From Candidatus Moraniibacteriota bacterium (GTDB lineage: Bacteria > Patescibacteriota > Minisyncoccia > Moranbacterales > GWC2-37-73), in assembly GCA_003507445.1 (NCBI GenBank), contig DNVR01000019.1, positions 1,367 to 65,366 of the forward strand: 64,000 bases of DNA, given 5' to 3'. Below are positions 37,858-47,475 of the stretch, one piece after another; the stretch's first letter is position 1; every line of letters starts with the position of its first letter. The translations under genes were made by a program, and so were the position numbers. Under the pieces are notes generated by a model. The model was not told the origin of the DNA, did not search any database, and worked only from the letters and a program-made list of their open reading frames with translations.

Positions 37858-38541
37858 ATGGAAAATAATCTTAAAGGATATGTGAAATTTACCCATGCCA
37901 TTATTGGCAAATATTCCGATGAAGACATGCTTCCCATAAGGGAGCACGACATCCACGCTATCGAAGAACTTCTATCCTCACGGCTCGGAGAAAAACACAT
38001 CAAGGTTTTACACATGAGCTTCGGACTTGATGGGCAGGAAGCAACACGGGCAGAAATTGCAGATATACTAAACATCTCGCAAAGTCGCGTAGGTCAGCTT
38101 GAAGAAAAAGCTTTGCGAATTCTTCGGCATCCTGCGAACAGCAATGTTTTCAAAAAGCTCTACAGGTCTCATTTGGAAGCAATAATAGCGCGTCAAAGAA
38201 AGGATTTGACAGAGGCATACAGCTCGCGAGATAGTGTCGAGAAAGAGCTGAACAAAACAAGGATGCTCAAGCAGTTGAATGAGGAAGCTCTATTTTGTAC
38301 AAACAGGGAGGTGTGGAAATCGCTTGTCCGCGACATGCACGAATACATCATAGAGGACATTCCGCATTTTTCCGTAAGAACCCAGAGATGTCTGAAAGAA
38401 AATAACATCATAAAGGTTCGGGATTTAGTTCGCAAGACAGAAGAAGACTTGCGCTCATTCCCACAGTTTGGAGCCAAGAGCTTCAATGAAGTGAAGGACT
38501 TCCTTTACCATGCTGGTCTTGAACTTTCAAAAGAAGAATAA
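37858..38541 (+). CDS. Sigma70 region 4 plus RNAP alpha-CTD fusion protein
   Basis: FGLDGQEATRAEIADILNISQSRVGQLEEKALRILRHP (sigma4); FSVRTQRCLKENNI...FGAKSFNEVKDFL (alpha-CTD). Confidence 0.85.
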   Translation: MENNLKGYVKFTHAIIGKYSDEDMLPIREHDIHAIEELLSSRLGEKHIKVLHMSFGLDGQEATRAEIADILNISQSRVGQLEEKALRILRHPANSNVFKKLYRSHLEAIIARQRKDLTEAYSSRDSVEKELNKTRMLKQLNEEALFCTNREVWKSLVRDMHEYIIEDIPHFSVRTQRCLKENNIIKVRDLVRKTEEDLRSFPQFGAKSFNEVKDFLYHAGLELSKEE

Positions 38542-38605
38542 ATGCATCAAACGGTTGCTTCAATAGAAGCTACGACGACCCACCTAGAGGTCGTCTTTTT
38601 TTATG

Positions 38606-38740
38606 TTCCATTCTTCACTGGCAGATGCAAAATACTCGTTTCAAGCATAAACTTCTGCAGTTTCAATTCTATTTCTAAACAAAGCCCACTCTTTTAACTC
38701 TTGAATTAAAGGGTTCCAAGAATTTCTAACTTGGGCTACA
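38606..38740 (-). repeat. 135-bp direct repeat R1, encoding a 34-aa peptide (38641-38745, minus strand)
   Basis: Aligns without gaps to 39625-39759; about 105/135 identical by hand count. Confidence 0.85.
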
Positions 38741-38834
38741 CTCATAAAAAAGAGGTTATTTGAGGCCTCTTTTTTGTTTTGTCTCATTTTAGCTGGAATT
38801 TTTAACTGTTTGATGTTAACTTTATATTACAATT

Positions 38835-39599
38835 ATGAAGAATTTTATTATTTCGCCAATTGCAAAAAAAATTATAGTCCGCTTTAGCAATAAGTGCGTC
38901 ATCCTGCCATTGGATATTCAGGATAAGGTTGATGCTTATTGGGATGAACTTATCAAGAGTGGAAAAAATTATAAACGAGGAGAGGTTTTCACTGTGACAA
39001 AAAAAGAGGAATTTGAAGACCGTATTGATATTTTGGTTGAAAAAACTGATTATGCACATTACCTTTATTGTCAGAATATTGATGCTCTTGGAGAAAATGG
39101 AGTGCATATTATTCATACTGCGGCATTAGTGGAAACATCAGACGAAAAGATTATTTTTGGCAAGATGGGGAATCAAACTTCTCGCAGTGAAATACATCAG
39201 CTCTGTGGTGGTGGCATTGATAACAATGACTTGCGAGATGATATTTTTGACTTGAATCATAATATAAAAAAGGAACTCGAAGAAGAACTGGGCATCAATA
39301 TTGATGACAGTAAGCGAATTGAAACATTTGGACTTGCTTATTTTAAGGAGGGTGGTCCAACTAATAAGATGACCGTTACATATAAAGTAAAACTCAATGA
39401 AACAAGTGAGGAATTTATGGAAAAATACAATGAGTTTGTTTTGTATTTGAAGAAAAACAACAAACTGCCTGAGTTTGGAGATATTATTATCTTGAATAAA
39501 GATAAAAAATCTCTTAATGATTTTTTTAACAAAAATGATATTAGACTTGATGAATACATGAGACCCCTGTTTGAATATATTAGTAAACATAGCTTTTAG
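38835..39599 (+). CDS. NUDIX-like hydrolase
   Basis: GGGID...KKELEEELGI Nudix-box-like motif. Confidence 0.7.
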   Translation: MKNFIISPIAKKIIVRFSNKCVILPLDIQDKVDAYWDELIKSGKNYKRGEVFTVTKKEEFEDRIDILVEKTDYAHYLYCQNIDALGENGVHIIHTAALVETSDEKIIFGKMGNQTSRSEIHQLCGGGIDNNDLRDDIFDLNHNIKKELEEELGINIDDSKRIETFGLAYFKEGGPTNKMTVTYKVKLNETSEEFMEKYNEFVLYLKKNNKLPEFGDIIILNKDKKSLNDFFNKNDIRLDEYMRPLFEYISKHSF

Positions 39600-39624
39600 C
39601 TCAACCTTAAGTATTTTGCATAAA

Positions 39625-39759
39625 TTCCATTCCTCACTGGCAGATATAGAATACTCATTTCAAGAATAAACATCGGCAGTTTCTAATTGTTTTCTGAATA
39701 TAGCCCATTCATTAAGCTCTTTAATAATAGGGTTCCAGTTCAACCTAACTTGGGCTACA
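39625..39759 (-). repeat. 135-bp direct repeat R2
   Basis: Partner of 38606-38740; encodes VAQVRLNWNPIIKELNEWAIFRKQLETADVYS*. Confidence 0.85.
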
Positions 39760-39926
39760 AACAAAGAAATCTCCGCTTTAATGAGGGGATTTTTTGTTTG
39801 TCTTGCACCAAGAGTGGAATCGGACGGGTATTTTAAATAAAAAAAGGAGACCGCGTTAAGCAATCCCCGAAATGTTGTGAGCCCCATATTATGCCACAAC
39901 AAACACTTTGTGTGATGCCGATGGGG

Positions 39927-40457
39927 CTAGGCTTTCTTTGAAAATTTAACAGGGATGAGTTCCCCTGCACCGAGACGAAAATTTTTGTTGCCAATTATTT
40001 TCATCTCGACTCTTGGGTCAACTAGGCGTTGCAAACGCGCACAAGCGACGATAATATTTGCAAAAAAACTTGAAAACCCAAGTTGTGTTCCAACTGAGAA
40101 AATATAATCATTAAATTCTCGTTGAAACATAATCTTTTGAAAAACATTGAGATGATATTCTCGAGAAATAGTAAACCGAGACAACTCAACACAATTCAGT
40201 GGCAGGTTGCTGTGTTGTGGGAAAAGAAAATCCTCAACAGGCAACCTTGCTCTTCTGCGATCGATAAGACGACAGCCTCCAATAACTTGCTTGTCATACA
40301 TAATAATGTAGTGGCAGCAGTTGTTGGCGTCATATTTGTCTTTCTCTAATCGCTCCTCATTTTCTGGCTCTGCCTGCATCTCTTCAACATAGCGCTCATA
40401 ACGTATGCGAAAATATGCATTAATCATCGCCGGATCGTTTGTTAGAATAAATTGCAT
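39927..40457 (-). CDS. LuxI/FeeM-like GNAT N-acyltransferase
   Basis: RIRYERYV, EKDKYD, GGCRLI, ELSRF motifs; SD AGGAGG. Confidence 0.75.
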   Translation of the reverse strand: MQFILTNDPAMINAYFRIRYERYVEEMQAEPENEERLEKDKYDANNCCHYIIMYDKQVIGGCRLIDRRRARLPVEDFLFPQHSNLPLNCVELSRFTISREYHLNVFQKIMFQREFNDYIFSVGTQLGFSSFFANIIVACARLQRLVDPRVEMKIIGNKNFRLGAGELIPVKFSKKA

Positions 40458-40630
40458 ATCAGCCTCCTTTTTTGAGTTTGCCTGACGGCAAACTTTTTAT
40501 AGGTGTAGGTGGCTGGTTACCCCTTTTTTAAGGTAACAAAACAGCATACTCCTATTTTGGGAATTTGTCAATAGCAAGCATTATTGATAAATCCTTGAAT
40601 AAAAGAGGTATTTAAGATATAATTAGGGAT

Positions 40631-41221
40631 ATGGAACAAACAGGACAATACATTTTTGAATTCTTGCGGCACTATGGCTATTGGGCAATGTTGCCTTTGA
40701 TGATTGTTGAAGGGCCAGTGGCGACTATTATTGCTGCGATGCTGGCGTCACTTGGCGCTTTTGCGTGGCCGGTGGTTTTGCTATTTTCAATTTTGGGGGA
40801 TATTATCGGAGACGTGCTTTTGTATGGAGCGGGGTATAAATGGGGAATTGGATTTGTGCGTGGATTTGGAAAATATATGGGAATCACGGAAAGTTTGGTT
40901 TTGAGGATGGAAAAATATTTTGAGGCTCACGGTGGTAAAACAATTTTTGCAGTCAAATCAACCACAGGGCTTTGTTGGGCAACCTTTGCAGCAGCTGGAA
41001 TTGTGAAAATGGATTTCAAAAAATTTGTGAAATATTCAATTCTTGGTGGTTTTGTTTGGAGTGGAACCTTGGTTGCAATGGGATATTTCTATGGTTATCT
41101 TTGGAAAGAAATGAAACAATATATCAGCTGGATTGGCTGGATCATTGCTGCTGTGGCAATCGTTTCTTTTATTGTCATCACGCTTTATAAAAAGAAACAG
41201 TCAGGGAAGTTTGTGGAGTAG
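40631..41221 (+). CDS. DedA-family membrane protein
   Basis: VEGP, GDIIGDVLLYGAG, HGGKTIF, AGIVKM. Confidence 0.88.
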   Translation: MEQTGQYIFEFLRHYGYWAMLPLMIVEGPVATIIAAMLASLGAFAWPVVLLFSILGDIIGDVLLYGAGYKWGIGFVRGFGKYMGITESLVLRMEKYFEAHGGKTIFAVKSTTGLCWATFAAAGIVKMDFKKFVKYSILGGFVWSGTLVAMGYFYGYLWKEMKQYISWIGWIIAAVAIVSFIVITLYKKKQSGKFVE

Positions 41222-41290
41222 GAATTTTTCAAAAAAGACAGAATAATGCTTTAAGATTGTATTATGCGTTAGGAATTAAAAACCTCATGT

Positions 41291-42037
41291 ATGACAGTCT
41301 TTTTTATTTTCCCTCATCCTGACGATGAAACGATTTTTGCTGGCGGAGTGATTCTGCGCCATCTTACTAATGGCGACAAAGTTGTTTGGGTTTGCGCCAG
41401 TTTTGGCGAGAGAGGAGGAGAGGCCACAAAAAGATCCCCAAAAAATTTTTATGAAATGTTCAGACTCGCGGGAAAATTTCCAATCTTATTGTTTGCACAA
41501 AAAGCTGTTGTTTATTGGTTGGGTATTTTCAGGAAGCCCAGTACAAGACTTGCTGAAACAAGAAAGAGAGAGGCAAAAGAAATTGCTGATAGGCTTGGAG
41601 TGAAAGATTTGATTTTCATGGAAATTTCAGATATGCGTTTTGGATGGAACAAGAAAAAAATTATTGAAAATCTGAAAAAATATATTAATGAAATGAAGCC
41701 GGATATTATTTATACGATGTTCTCCGATGGAATAACGGGACATCCTGATCATGTCGCACTTTCGAGTTGCGTTGTTCAGATTGTGCGTGAGGCCGAGGCG
41801 GCAGGGCCCAAATTATTTCTCACAACATTTTCAAATGAGATTATAGATAAATATAAGCTTCCACTTTTTGGAATGCCTGAAAAAAATATTTCCAAAATAG
41901 TTAAACTTTCACCTGTGGAACTTGCAAAGAAAAAACAATTAATCTCCCTTTATGCCAGTCAATCATATCTTTGGAAAATTTTCCTTGAAAAATATCCTGA
42001 AATTTTAGCAGTGGAATTTCTTGTTGAATATTGTTAA
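41291..42037 (+). CDS. PIG-L family deacetylase
   Basis: PHPDDE, GERG, GHPDH, YASQ. Confidence 0.9.
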   Translation: MTVFFIFPHPDDETIFAGGVILRHLTNGDKVVWVCASFGERGGEATKRSPKNFYEMFRLAGKFPILLFAQKAVVYWLGIFRKPSTRLAETRKREAKEIADRLGVKDLIFMEISDMRFGWNKKKIIENLKKYINEMKPDIIYTMFSDGITGHPDHVALSSCVVQIVREAEAAGPKLFLTTFSNEIIDKYKLPLFGMPEKNISKIVKLSPVELAKKKQLISLYASQSYLWKIFLEKYPEILAVEFLVEYC

Positions 42038-42120
42038 TGAGCAGTACCATTGACTTTTTGCAGAATTAATTGTATTGTTTATCGTTCTTTTACATATCTA
42101 ATTTCAAGGGAGGATACACA

Positions 42121-43089
42121 ATGAAGATATTACTTTCGGATTGGCATCTGGCTCCTTTTCGGGTTGAGAAGTTTTTGACTCAAAAAAGGAATTTTATTGA
42201 AATAATTATCCAATATTTCGCAAAGAAATTTGAGGATAAAGAAAAAGAGGCAAAAATGCTTGAAAGCATCCGGCTTGTTGTAAAGAAGGAAAATATCAAA
42301 GTCGGATATTTCAACGGCGATTTTATGGAATCACGAAGAACTGAACGGGGCATGAACACAACGGAGGATTTGGAAAAGGCACTTGAATTGAAAGCATACA
42401 TCATGAAAAAACTCGGTTTGATATTGGCTTTTTTTAATCTTGGGAATCATGAATCTGGGTATGACTTGCCACTTTGCACTGATGCAGAGAAAGGTATTAA
42501 CTGGCAGGCCATAAAAAACTTCCTTGTTTTTACGGAAGCAGAAGAATTATATTGCTCATTTTATGAAGATAATTCCAAGCTTATTTTCGTGCCGTACATT
42601 TTTTCCGAAGAAAAGGCTCGCGACTTTGATCTTGATGCCGAGAAGAAAATATTTTTAGGCAGAATGAGAGAAGATCTCAAGGAAGATATTCCCACAATTT
42701 TATTGGTTCATGATCCTGATTCATTTGATGATGTTGAGTTGCTTGGATTGATTCGGGAAAATCGTGAAAAAATAAAATTTATATTCTTCGGACACTATCA
42801 TTCTTGGATAAACTTGTTTTTCATGAGAATCATGGTCAATGTTTATGGTAGAATTCTTCTTTTTCCTTTTAGGTGCTTTGTGGATCTGTTCTTCTTTGCG
42901 CTTACAAAGGGAGATGTACATATTGTCAGAGAATTGGGTATATATTTTCGAAAACGAAAAAATATACCAACGATCATAAGAGAATTGGGAGCCGTGCTTA
43001 TTCCTGCACCAACTGGTACGGTTGGTATCGGAGGCGGGTATTTGGTTCTTGACCTCGGAAAAGGAACATATGAAAAGAAAAAAATATGA
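42121..43089 (+). CDS. Calcineurin-like metallophosphoesterase
   Basis: SDWH, GD, GNHE, VHDP, GHYH; SD GGGAGG before ATG 42121. Confidence 0.85.
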   Translation: MKILLSDWHLAPFRVEKFLTQKRNFIEIIIQYFAKKFEDKEKEAKMLESIRLVVKKENIKVGYFNGDFMESRRTERGMNTTEDLEKALELKAYIMKKLGLILAFFNLGNHESGYDLPLCTDAEKGINWQAIKNFLVFTEAEELYCSFYEDNSKLIFVPYIFSEEKARDFDLDAEKKIFLGRMREDLKEDIPTILLVHDPDSFDDVELLGLIRENREKIKFIFFGHYHSWINLFFMRIMVNVYGRILLFPFRCFVDLFFFALTKGDVHIVRELGIYFRKRKNIPTIIRELGAVLIPAPTGTVGIGGGYLVLDLGKGTYEKKKI

Positions 43090-43216
43090 AAGGAGGCCAG
43101 AGTTAATCATGGCATAGTGATTGTCTGTAAATAATGCATTCGGGGATGCTCTATGGAGTGGCCCCTTTTTTTCTTGCAAAAAAGCTTGATTAAGCGTAAA
43201 ATCAAGAAATAATATT

Positions 43217-44059
43217 ATGGTGAGAAGACTTGTAAAATTTGCAGGAAAGGCCATGGGAAAGGCAAAAAGTGTGCTTTTTGCGGATCCAAGGCTTTTATAC
43301 AAAGAAGAACGGCATCTTGTGAATCAGCCGTTTTTTTTCGTGGGCAATAATGGTAAAGGAATTTTGCTTGTGCATGGTTGGACATCAACGCCATATGAAG
43401 TGCGAAGATTGGGAAAATATCTCAATGAAAATGGCTACACGGTCTTGGGAATTCAACTTGCTGGACACGGAAGTGTGCCAAAAGATTTGGAAGGAATAAA
43501 ATGGCAAGATTGGATTTTGGATATTGAAAATGGTTATGCGGAATTGAAAAAAACTTGCGAGAAGGTGTATGTCGGAGGGACTTCAATCGGTGCAAATCTG
43601 GCGATGGAGTTTGCCAAAAAAGAAAAAAACATCGCAGGATTGATTTTAATGGCCACGCCGTATAGATTGAGATACGAAGAGATTGTTGTGTCTTTTGCAA
43701 AAACATTAAAAATGTTTAAGAAATATCACAAAAAATATTATCCTCCGACTTTTGGTGTTTCAACCACCATTACAAGATTGATTTCATATCAGTCTTATCC
43801 AATTTCTAGTTCACTAGAAACTTTTTCCTTAATTAAGGATTCAAGAAAGAATCTGGAGCTGATAACTCAGCCTATTCTTATTATGCAATCAACACACGAT
43901 CACATTGTTCAAAAAAATAGCTTGGAAAATATTTATAAGAAAGTTGGCTCTGAAATAAAAAAGAAAAAATATATTGAAAAAGCATATCATACTTTCATTT
44001 CGGATATTAAAAACGAGCACGTGTTTAGGGATATATTGGAGTTTTTAGAAGTAAATTAA
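43217..44059 (+). CDS. Alpha/beta hydrolase (carboxylesterase/monoglyceride lipase-like)
   Basis: LVHGW, GHG, GTSIG nucleophile elbow, DHIV, YH. Confidence 0.88.
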   Translation: MVRRLVKFAGKAMGKAKSVLFADPRLLYKEERHLVNQPFFFVGNNGKGILLVHGWTSTPYEVRRLGKYLNENGYTVLGIQLAGHGSVPKDLEGIKWQDWILDIENGYAELKKTCEKVYVGGTSIGANLAMEFAKKEKNIAGLILMATPYRLRYEEIVVSFAKTLKMFKKYHKKYYPPTFGVSTTITRLISYQSYPISSSLETFSLIKDSRKNLELITQPILIMQSTHDHIVQKNSLENIYKKVGSEIKKKKYIEKAYHTFISDIKNEHVFRDILEFLEVN

Positions 44060-44270
44060 GATTTTTGACGCAGGTTGTCTTGTGTTTTCGTTGCTATTTT
44101 CAAATTTCCAATATCAAATTACTAATTTCTAATCAATGTCCAATTTCCCAATTCCCAAATTTTTGACATTTTGATATTAGAATTTTATTGGAAATTAGAT
44201 ATTAGAAATTAGAAATTGAGAAACATATTGAATCTCTCAAATATTATTTTTATTGATGGCTTAAAGTATT

Positions 44271-45479
44271 ATGAACATCGCTATCTTCACTAATAATTAC
44301 CTCCCTAATCCTTTTGGCGTTTCGATGTCGATTGAAAGTTTTCGCAGGGAATTTGAAAAACTCGGCCACACGGTGTATATTTTTGCCCCTGATTTTAAGG
44401 ATTATGTTGATGAAAATAAGAATGTTTTCAGATATCCTGCCTTGGATTTGAAATTTAAAAATATTCGTTTTCCAATTGCAATTCCATATTCCTACCGTAT
44501 CGATAGGATTTTGGAAAGTTTAGAAATTGATGTGATTCATTCTCAACATCCAAATTTGTTGGGATGGCAAGCAAGAAGATGGGCAAAGAAAAAAAATGTG
44601 CCGCTTATTTTCACGTGGCACACATTGTATGATCAATACGCACATTTTGCACCTTTTATTCCCAGAAAATTGGCTGCTTGGTGGACGATTAAAAACGCCG
44701 TGAAATACGCAAACAGGTGCGATCAGATTATTGTGCCAACCAAATCAGTCAAAAAAATAATAACTGATTGGGGAGTGCGAAATGAAAATATTCAAGCAGT
44801 TGCGACAGGTGTTGAAGAAAGTTTTTTTCAAAATACTGATAGGGTTGGAACGAGAAAAAAGTTTGGTATTGAAGATGATGAAGTGGCGCTGCTGCTTCTT
44901 TCCAGATTAACAACAGAAAAAAATGTTGAATTTTTGGTGCGAGCAGTTATTAAAATTTTGAAAAAAAATGAAAAAATTTACCCTGTTAAATCCGCGATAG
45001 ATCGCGGTGCGGAGCAATTTAACAGGGTGAAGTTTATTTTAGCTGGGGAAGGACAAGAATTGCCAAAACTTAAAAAAATGATTGTTAATGCTGGATTGAT
45101 AAATAAAGTTGTTTTTTCAGGGATTGTGCAAAGAGAAATTACAAAAAATATTTTCGCAGCTGCTGATATTTTTGTGTATGCTTCAAAATCAGAAACACAG
45201 GGGATGATTTTAACTGAGGCAATGTGCTTGGGTCTTCCTGTTGTAGCTGTGGCAGCAACAGGTGCGATAGACATTGTTGGCAATCAAATCACTGGATTAT
45301 TGGTAAAGGAAAATGAAGATGAATTTGCAAGTGCTGTTGAAAGATTGATAAATGATGTGGAACTCAGAAAGCGATTTTCAGAAAATGCCGAAAAAATTGC
45401 CAAAGAAAATTACACAGCTCCTATTTGTGCTCAAAAAATGCTAGAGATTTATCAAAAAAATATTGGAACAAAAAAATGA
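44271..45479 (+). CDS. GT4 glycosyltransferase (diacylglycerol glycosyltransferase-like)
   Basis: MNIAIFTNNYLP, HSQHP, TWHTLY, EKN, ETQGMILTEAM. Confidence 0.9.
   Translation: MNIAIFTNNYLPNPFGVSMSIESFRREFEKLGHTVYIFAPDFKDYVDENKNVFRYPALDLKFKNIRFPIAIPYSYRIDRILESLEIDVIHSQHPNLLGWQARRWAKKKNVPLIFTWHTLYDQYAHFAPFIPRKLAAWWTIKNAVKYANRCDQIIVPTKSVKKIITDWGVRNENIQAVATGVEESFFQNTDRVGTRKKFGIEDDEVALLLLSRLTTEKNVEFLVRAVIKILKKNEKIYPVKSAIDRGAEQFNRVKFILAGEGQELPKLKKMIVNAGLINKVVFSGIVQREITKNIFAAADIFVYASKSETQGMILTEAMCLGLPVVAVAATGAIDIVGNQITGLLVKENEDEFASAVERLINDVELRKRFSENAEKIAKENYTAPICAQKMLEIYQKNIGTKK
44981..45031. repeat. Palindromic hairpin element (copy F), 51 bp in frame in the GT4 gene
   Basis: CCCTGTTAAAT-CCGCGAT-ag-ATCGCGG...ATTTAACAGGG-TGAA. 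Confidence 0.88.
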
Positions 45480-46018
45480 TTCTAGGCAAAAATTTTTATA
45501 AGCAAAACACTTTGGATGTTGCTAAGAAATTGTTGGGCTGTGTTTTGGTTCGCAGGATTGGAAAAAAAGAAATTCGCGCTGTTATCACTGATGTGGAAGC
45601 ATATATGGGTGAGGATGATTTGGCGAATCACGCCTCTAAAGGCAGGACGCCAAGAACTGAAATTATGTATGGAGCAGCTGGTCATTCGTACGTGTATCTT
45701 GTATATGGAATGTACAATGTGCTCAATATTATTACTGAGAAAAAAGATTTTCCTGCTGCAGTTATGATTAGAGGGATAAAAATAGAAGGTGTTGATTACA
45801 AAAAAACCAATGGACCAGGAAAACTTTGCCGACAATTGCAGATAGATCGCAAACTTAATGGGTGGGATGTGACGAAAGGGGAATTGTTATGGATCGAGCG
45901 TGGCAAGAAGGTTGTTGATGTGATAGAAAGCAAGAGAATCGGCATTGATTATGCCAAACATTGCAAGGATTATCTTTGGAGATTTACTCTCCCAGAATAT
46001 GCTGGGAAGAAAAAGTAA
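45476..46018 (+). CDS. mpg: 3-methyladenine DNA glycosylase (AAG/MPG family)
   Basis: VAKKLLG, EAY, YVYLVYGMY, NGPGKL, RIGI. Confidence 0.92.
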   Translation: MILGKNFYKQNTLDVAKKLLGCVLVRRIGKKEIRAVITDVEAYMGEDDLANHASKGRTPRTEIMYGAAGHSYVYLVYGMYNVLNIITEKKDFPAAVMIRGIKIEGVDYKKTNGPGKLCRQLQIDRKLNGWDVTKGELLWIERGKKVVDVIESKRIGIDYAKHCKDYLWRFTLPEYAGKKK

Positions 46019-46118
46019 ACTCGCTGTGTAGTAATAGTTGCGTTGCTAAAAATTAATTAATAAAAATATCTGCAGTGCGTATTTTTTGATACATGCTTCA
46101 TGATATATGCTATATGAT

Positions 46119-46712
46119 ATGGTTTACGAAGCAAAAAAATTTGATCATCTGCTGGGTTTGGATGGTTTTTCAGATGAACTACTTAAAAATCATTTCACCT
46201 TGTATGAAGGTTATGTGGCAAATACAAACAAGGCGGTTGATACAATTGTAAATCTTTTGGATCAAGATAAGACGGCCACGCCGGAATATGCAGAGGTTAT
46301 GCGCAGATTCGGTTGGGAGTTTAATGGGATGCGACTCCATGAATTGTATTTTGAAAATATGATGAAAGGTGGTTCGACATTAGAAAAGGAAAGTGAACTT
46401 GGCAAAAAAATTGTTCAGCAGTTTGGTTCGCTTGAAAGATGGGAAAAGCATTTTCGTGCAACTGGTGCAATGCGGGGAATCGGTTGGGTCGTGCTATATC
46501 AAGATGATGTTACCGGTACGATGTATAACGTGTGGATTAATGAACATAACGAAGGGCATATGACTGGCGCAACACCACTTTTAGTTATGGATGTTTTTGA
46601 ACATTCCTATATGATTCAATATGGCCTAAAAAAAGTTGATTACATCGAAGCGTTTTTTAAAAACATCTGCTGGCACGTTGTCAGCGCAAGGTTTGCACAG
46701 GCGAATGCGTAG
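46119..46712 (+). CDS. Fe/Mn superoxide dismutase
   Basis: HFTLYEGYV, HELYF, GIGW, DVFEHSY metal-ligand motifs. Confidence 0.92.
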   Translation: MVYEAKKFDHLLGLDGFSDELLKNHFTLYEGYVANTNKAVDTIVNLLDQDKTATPEYAEVMRRFGWEFNGMRLHELYFENMMKGGSTLEKESELGKKIVQQFGSLERWEKHFRATGAMRGIGWVVLYQDDVTGTMYNVWINEHNEGHMTGATPLLVMDVFEHSYMIQYGLKKVDYIEAFFKNICWHVVSARFAQANA

Positions 46713-46772
46713 ATGTTCTTAGAAATTTGTAATAAAAAATCTCCAGGATAGATCTGGAGATTTTTTAACTTA

Positions 46773-46809
46773 TGAGTCCATTGTACAAGGATGCTTGAAC
46801 TGGGTTTAT
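46773..46809 (+). repeat. 37-bp direct repeat S1
   Basis: 28/37 identical to 47476-47512 by hand count; last 13 nt (GAACTGGGTTTAT) identical. Confidence 0.7.
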
Positions 46810-46834
46810 AAAAAAATATTATTTAATTCAATGC

Positions 46835-47374
46835 TTAATTTTGAATAATTTCTTCAACTGCTCTTGCTACATGCTCATTCCAATCATGTCCAGCTTCAAC
46901 TTCGATAATTTTAAAATTATTAACTTTCAAAATTTCAACATTTTTCTTATCACAAAAATAATCATCATGCTTGCCTCGAATTATAATAATATTTTCTTTT
47001 GGAATTTTTTTCATTTGCTCAAGAACATCAACTTCAAGTAATAATAGAATTTGTTTAAAAGTATGCAACCAATATTTCACCGGAGCTGCTTTCCTAATTT
47101 CAAATCCCTCAAAAATTAAAAAACGTATCCAATTTACAAAATGCAGCAAGAAGCATCTTCTCTTAATCAATGGATTTATAAAAATAAATTTATAATCATT
47201 TCCGACATTTAAATTAAGAATATGGTTAGCGCCTAAACTATGACCGATAAAACATTTTGTATTTATTGGAATCTCATTATGATCATTTATCCAAATATCC
47301 AATCCATTATAGCTTTTATAATTTTTGACACATTGGATTGTTCCGGGAACCAAACATACATTATATTTACTCAT
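46835..47374 (-). CDS. Small alpha/beta hydrolase-like protein
   Basis: GHSLGA, RGKHD and GHDW motifs. Confidence 0.75.
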   Translation of the reverse strand: MSKYNVCLVPGTIQCVKNYKSYNGLDIWINDHNEIPINTKCFIGHSLGANHILNLNVGNDYKFIFINPLIKRRCFLLHFVNWIRFLIFEGFEIRKAAPVKYWLHTFKQILLLLEVDVLEQMKKIPKENIIIIRGKHDDYFCDKKNVEILKVNNFKIIEVEAGHDWNEHVARAVEEIIQN

Positions 47375-47475
47375 AGTTGATTATTATTTAATATCATTAT
47401 TGTTATTTTAACACAATTTATCCGCATTTTTCAGTCACACAAAAAACGGCTCTGTAAAAACGTTTCTTATAAATT

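Noticed and set aside
39760-39902. N-terminal part of the 80-aa minus ORF
   Set aside because: It crosses hairpin and terminator sequence; only the part within repeat R2 is conserved with R1.
39943-39953. AATTTAACAGGG half-site of the hairpin element
   Set aside because: No partner arm and no YRAR tail; explained by the coding sequence (LIPVKF) of the acyltransferase.
8466-45031. Reading the GTTAAAT/ATTTAAC arms as integron attC sites
   Set aside because: The arms match GTTRRRY and RYYYAAC, but in the reverse order to attC (RYYYAAC...GTTRRRY). They lie in core operons and inside CDSs, and no intI is present.
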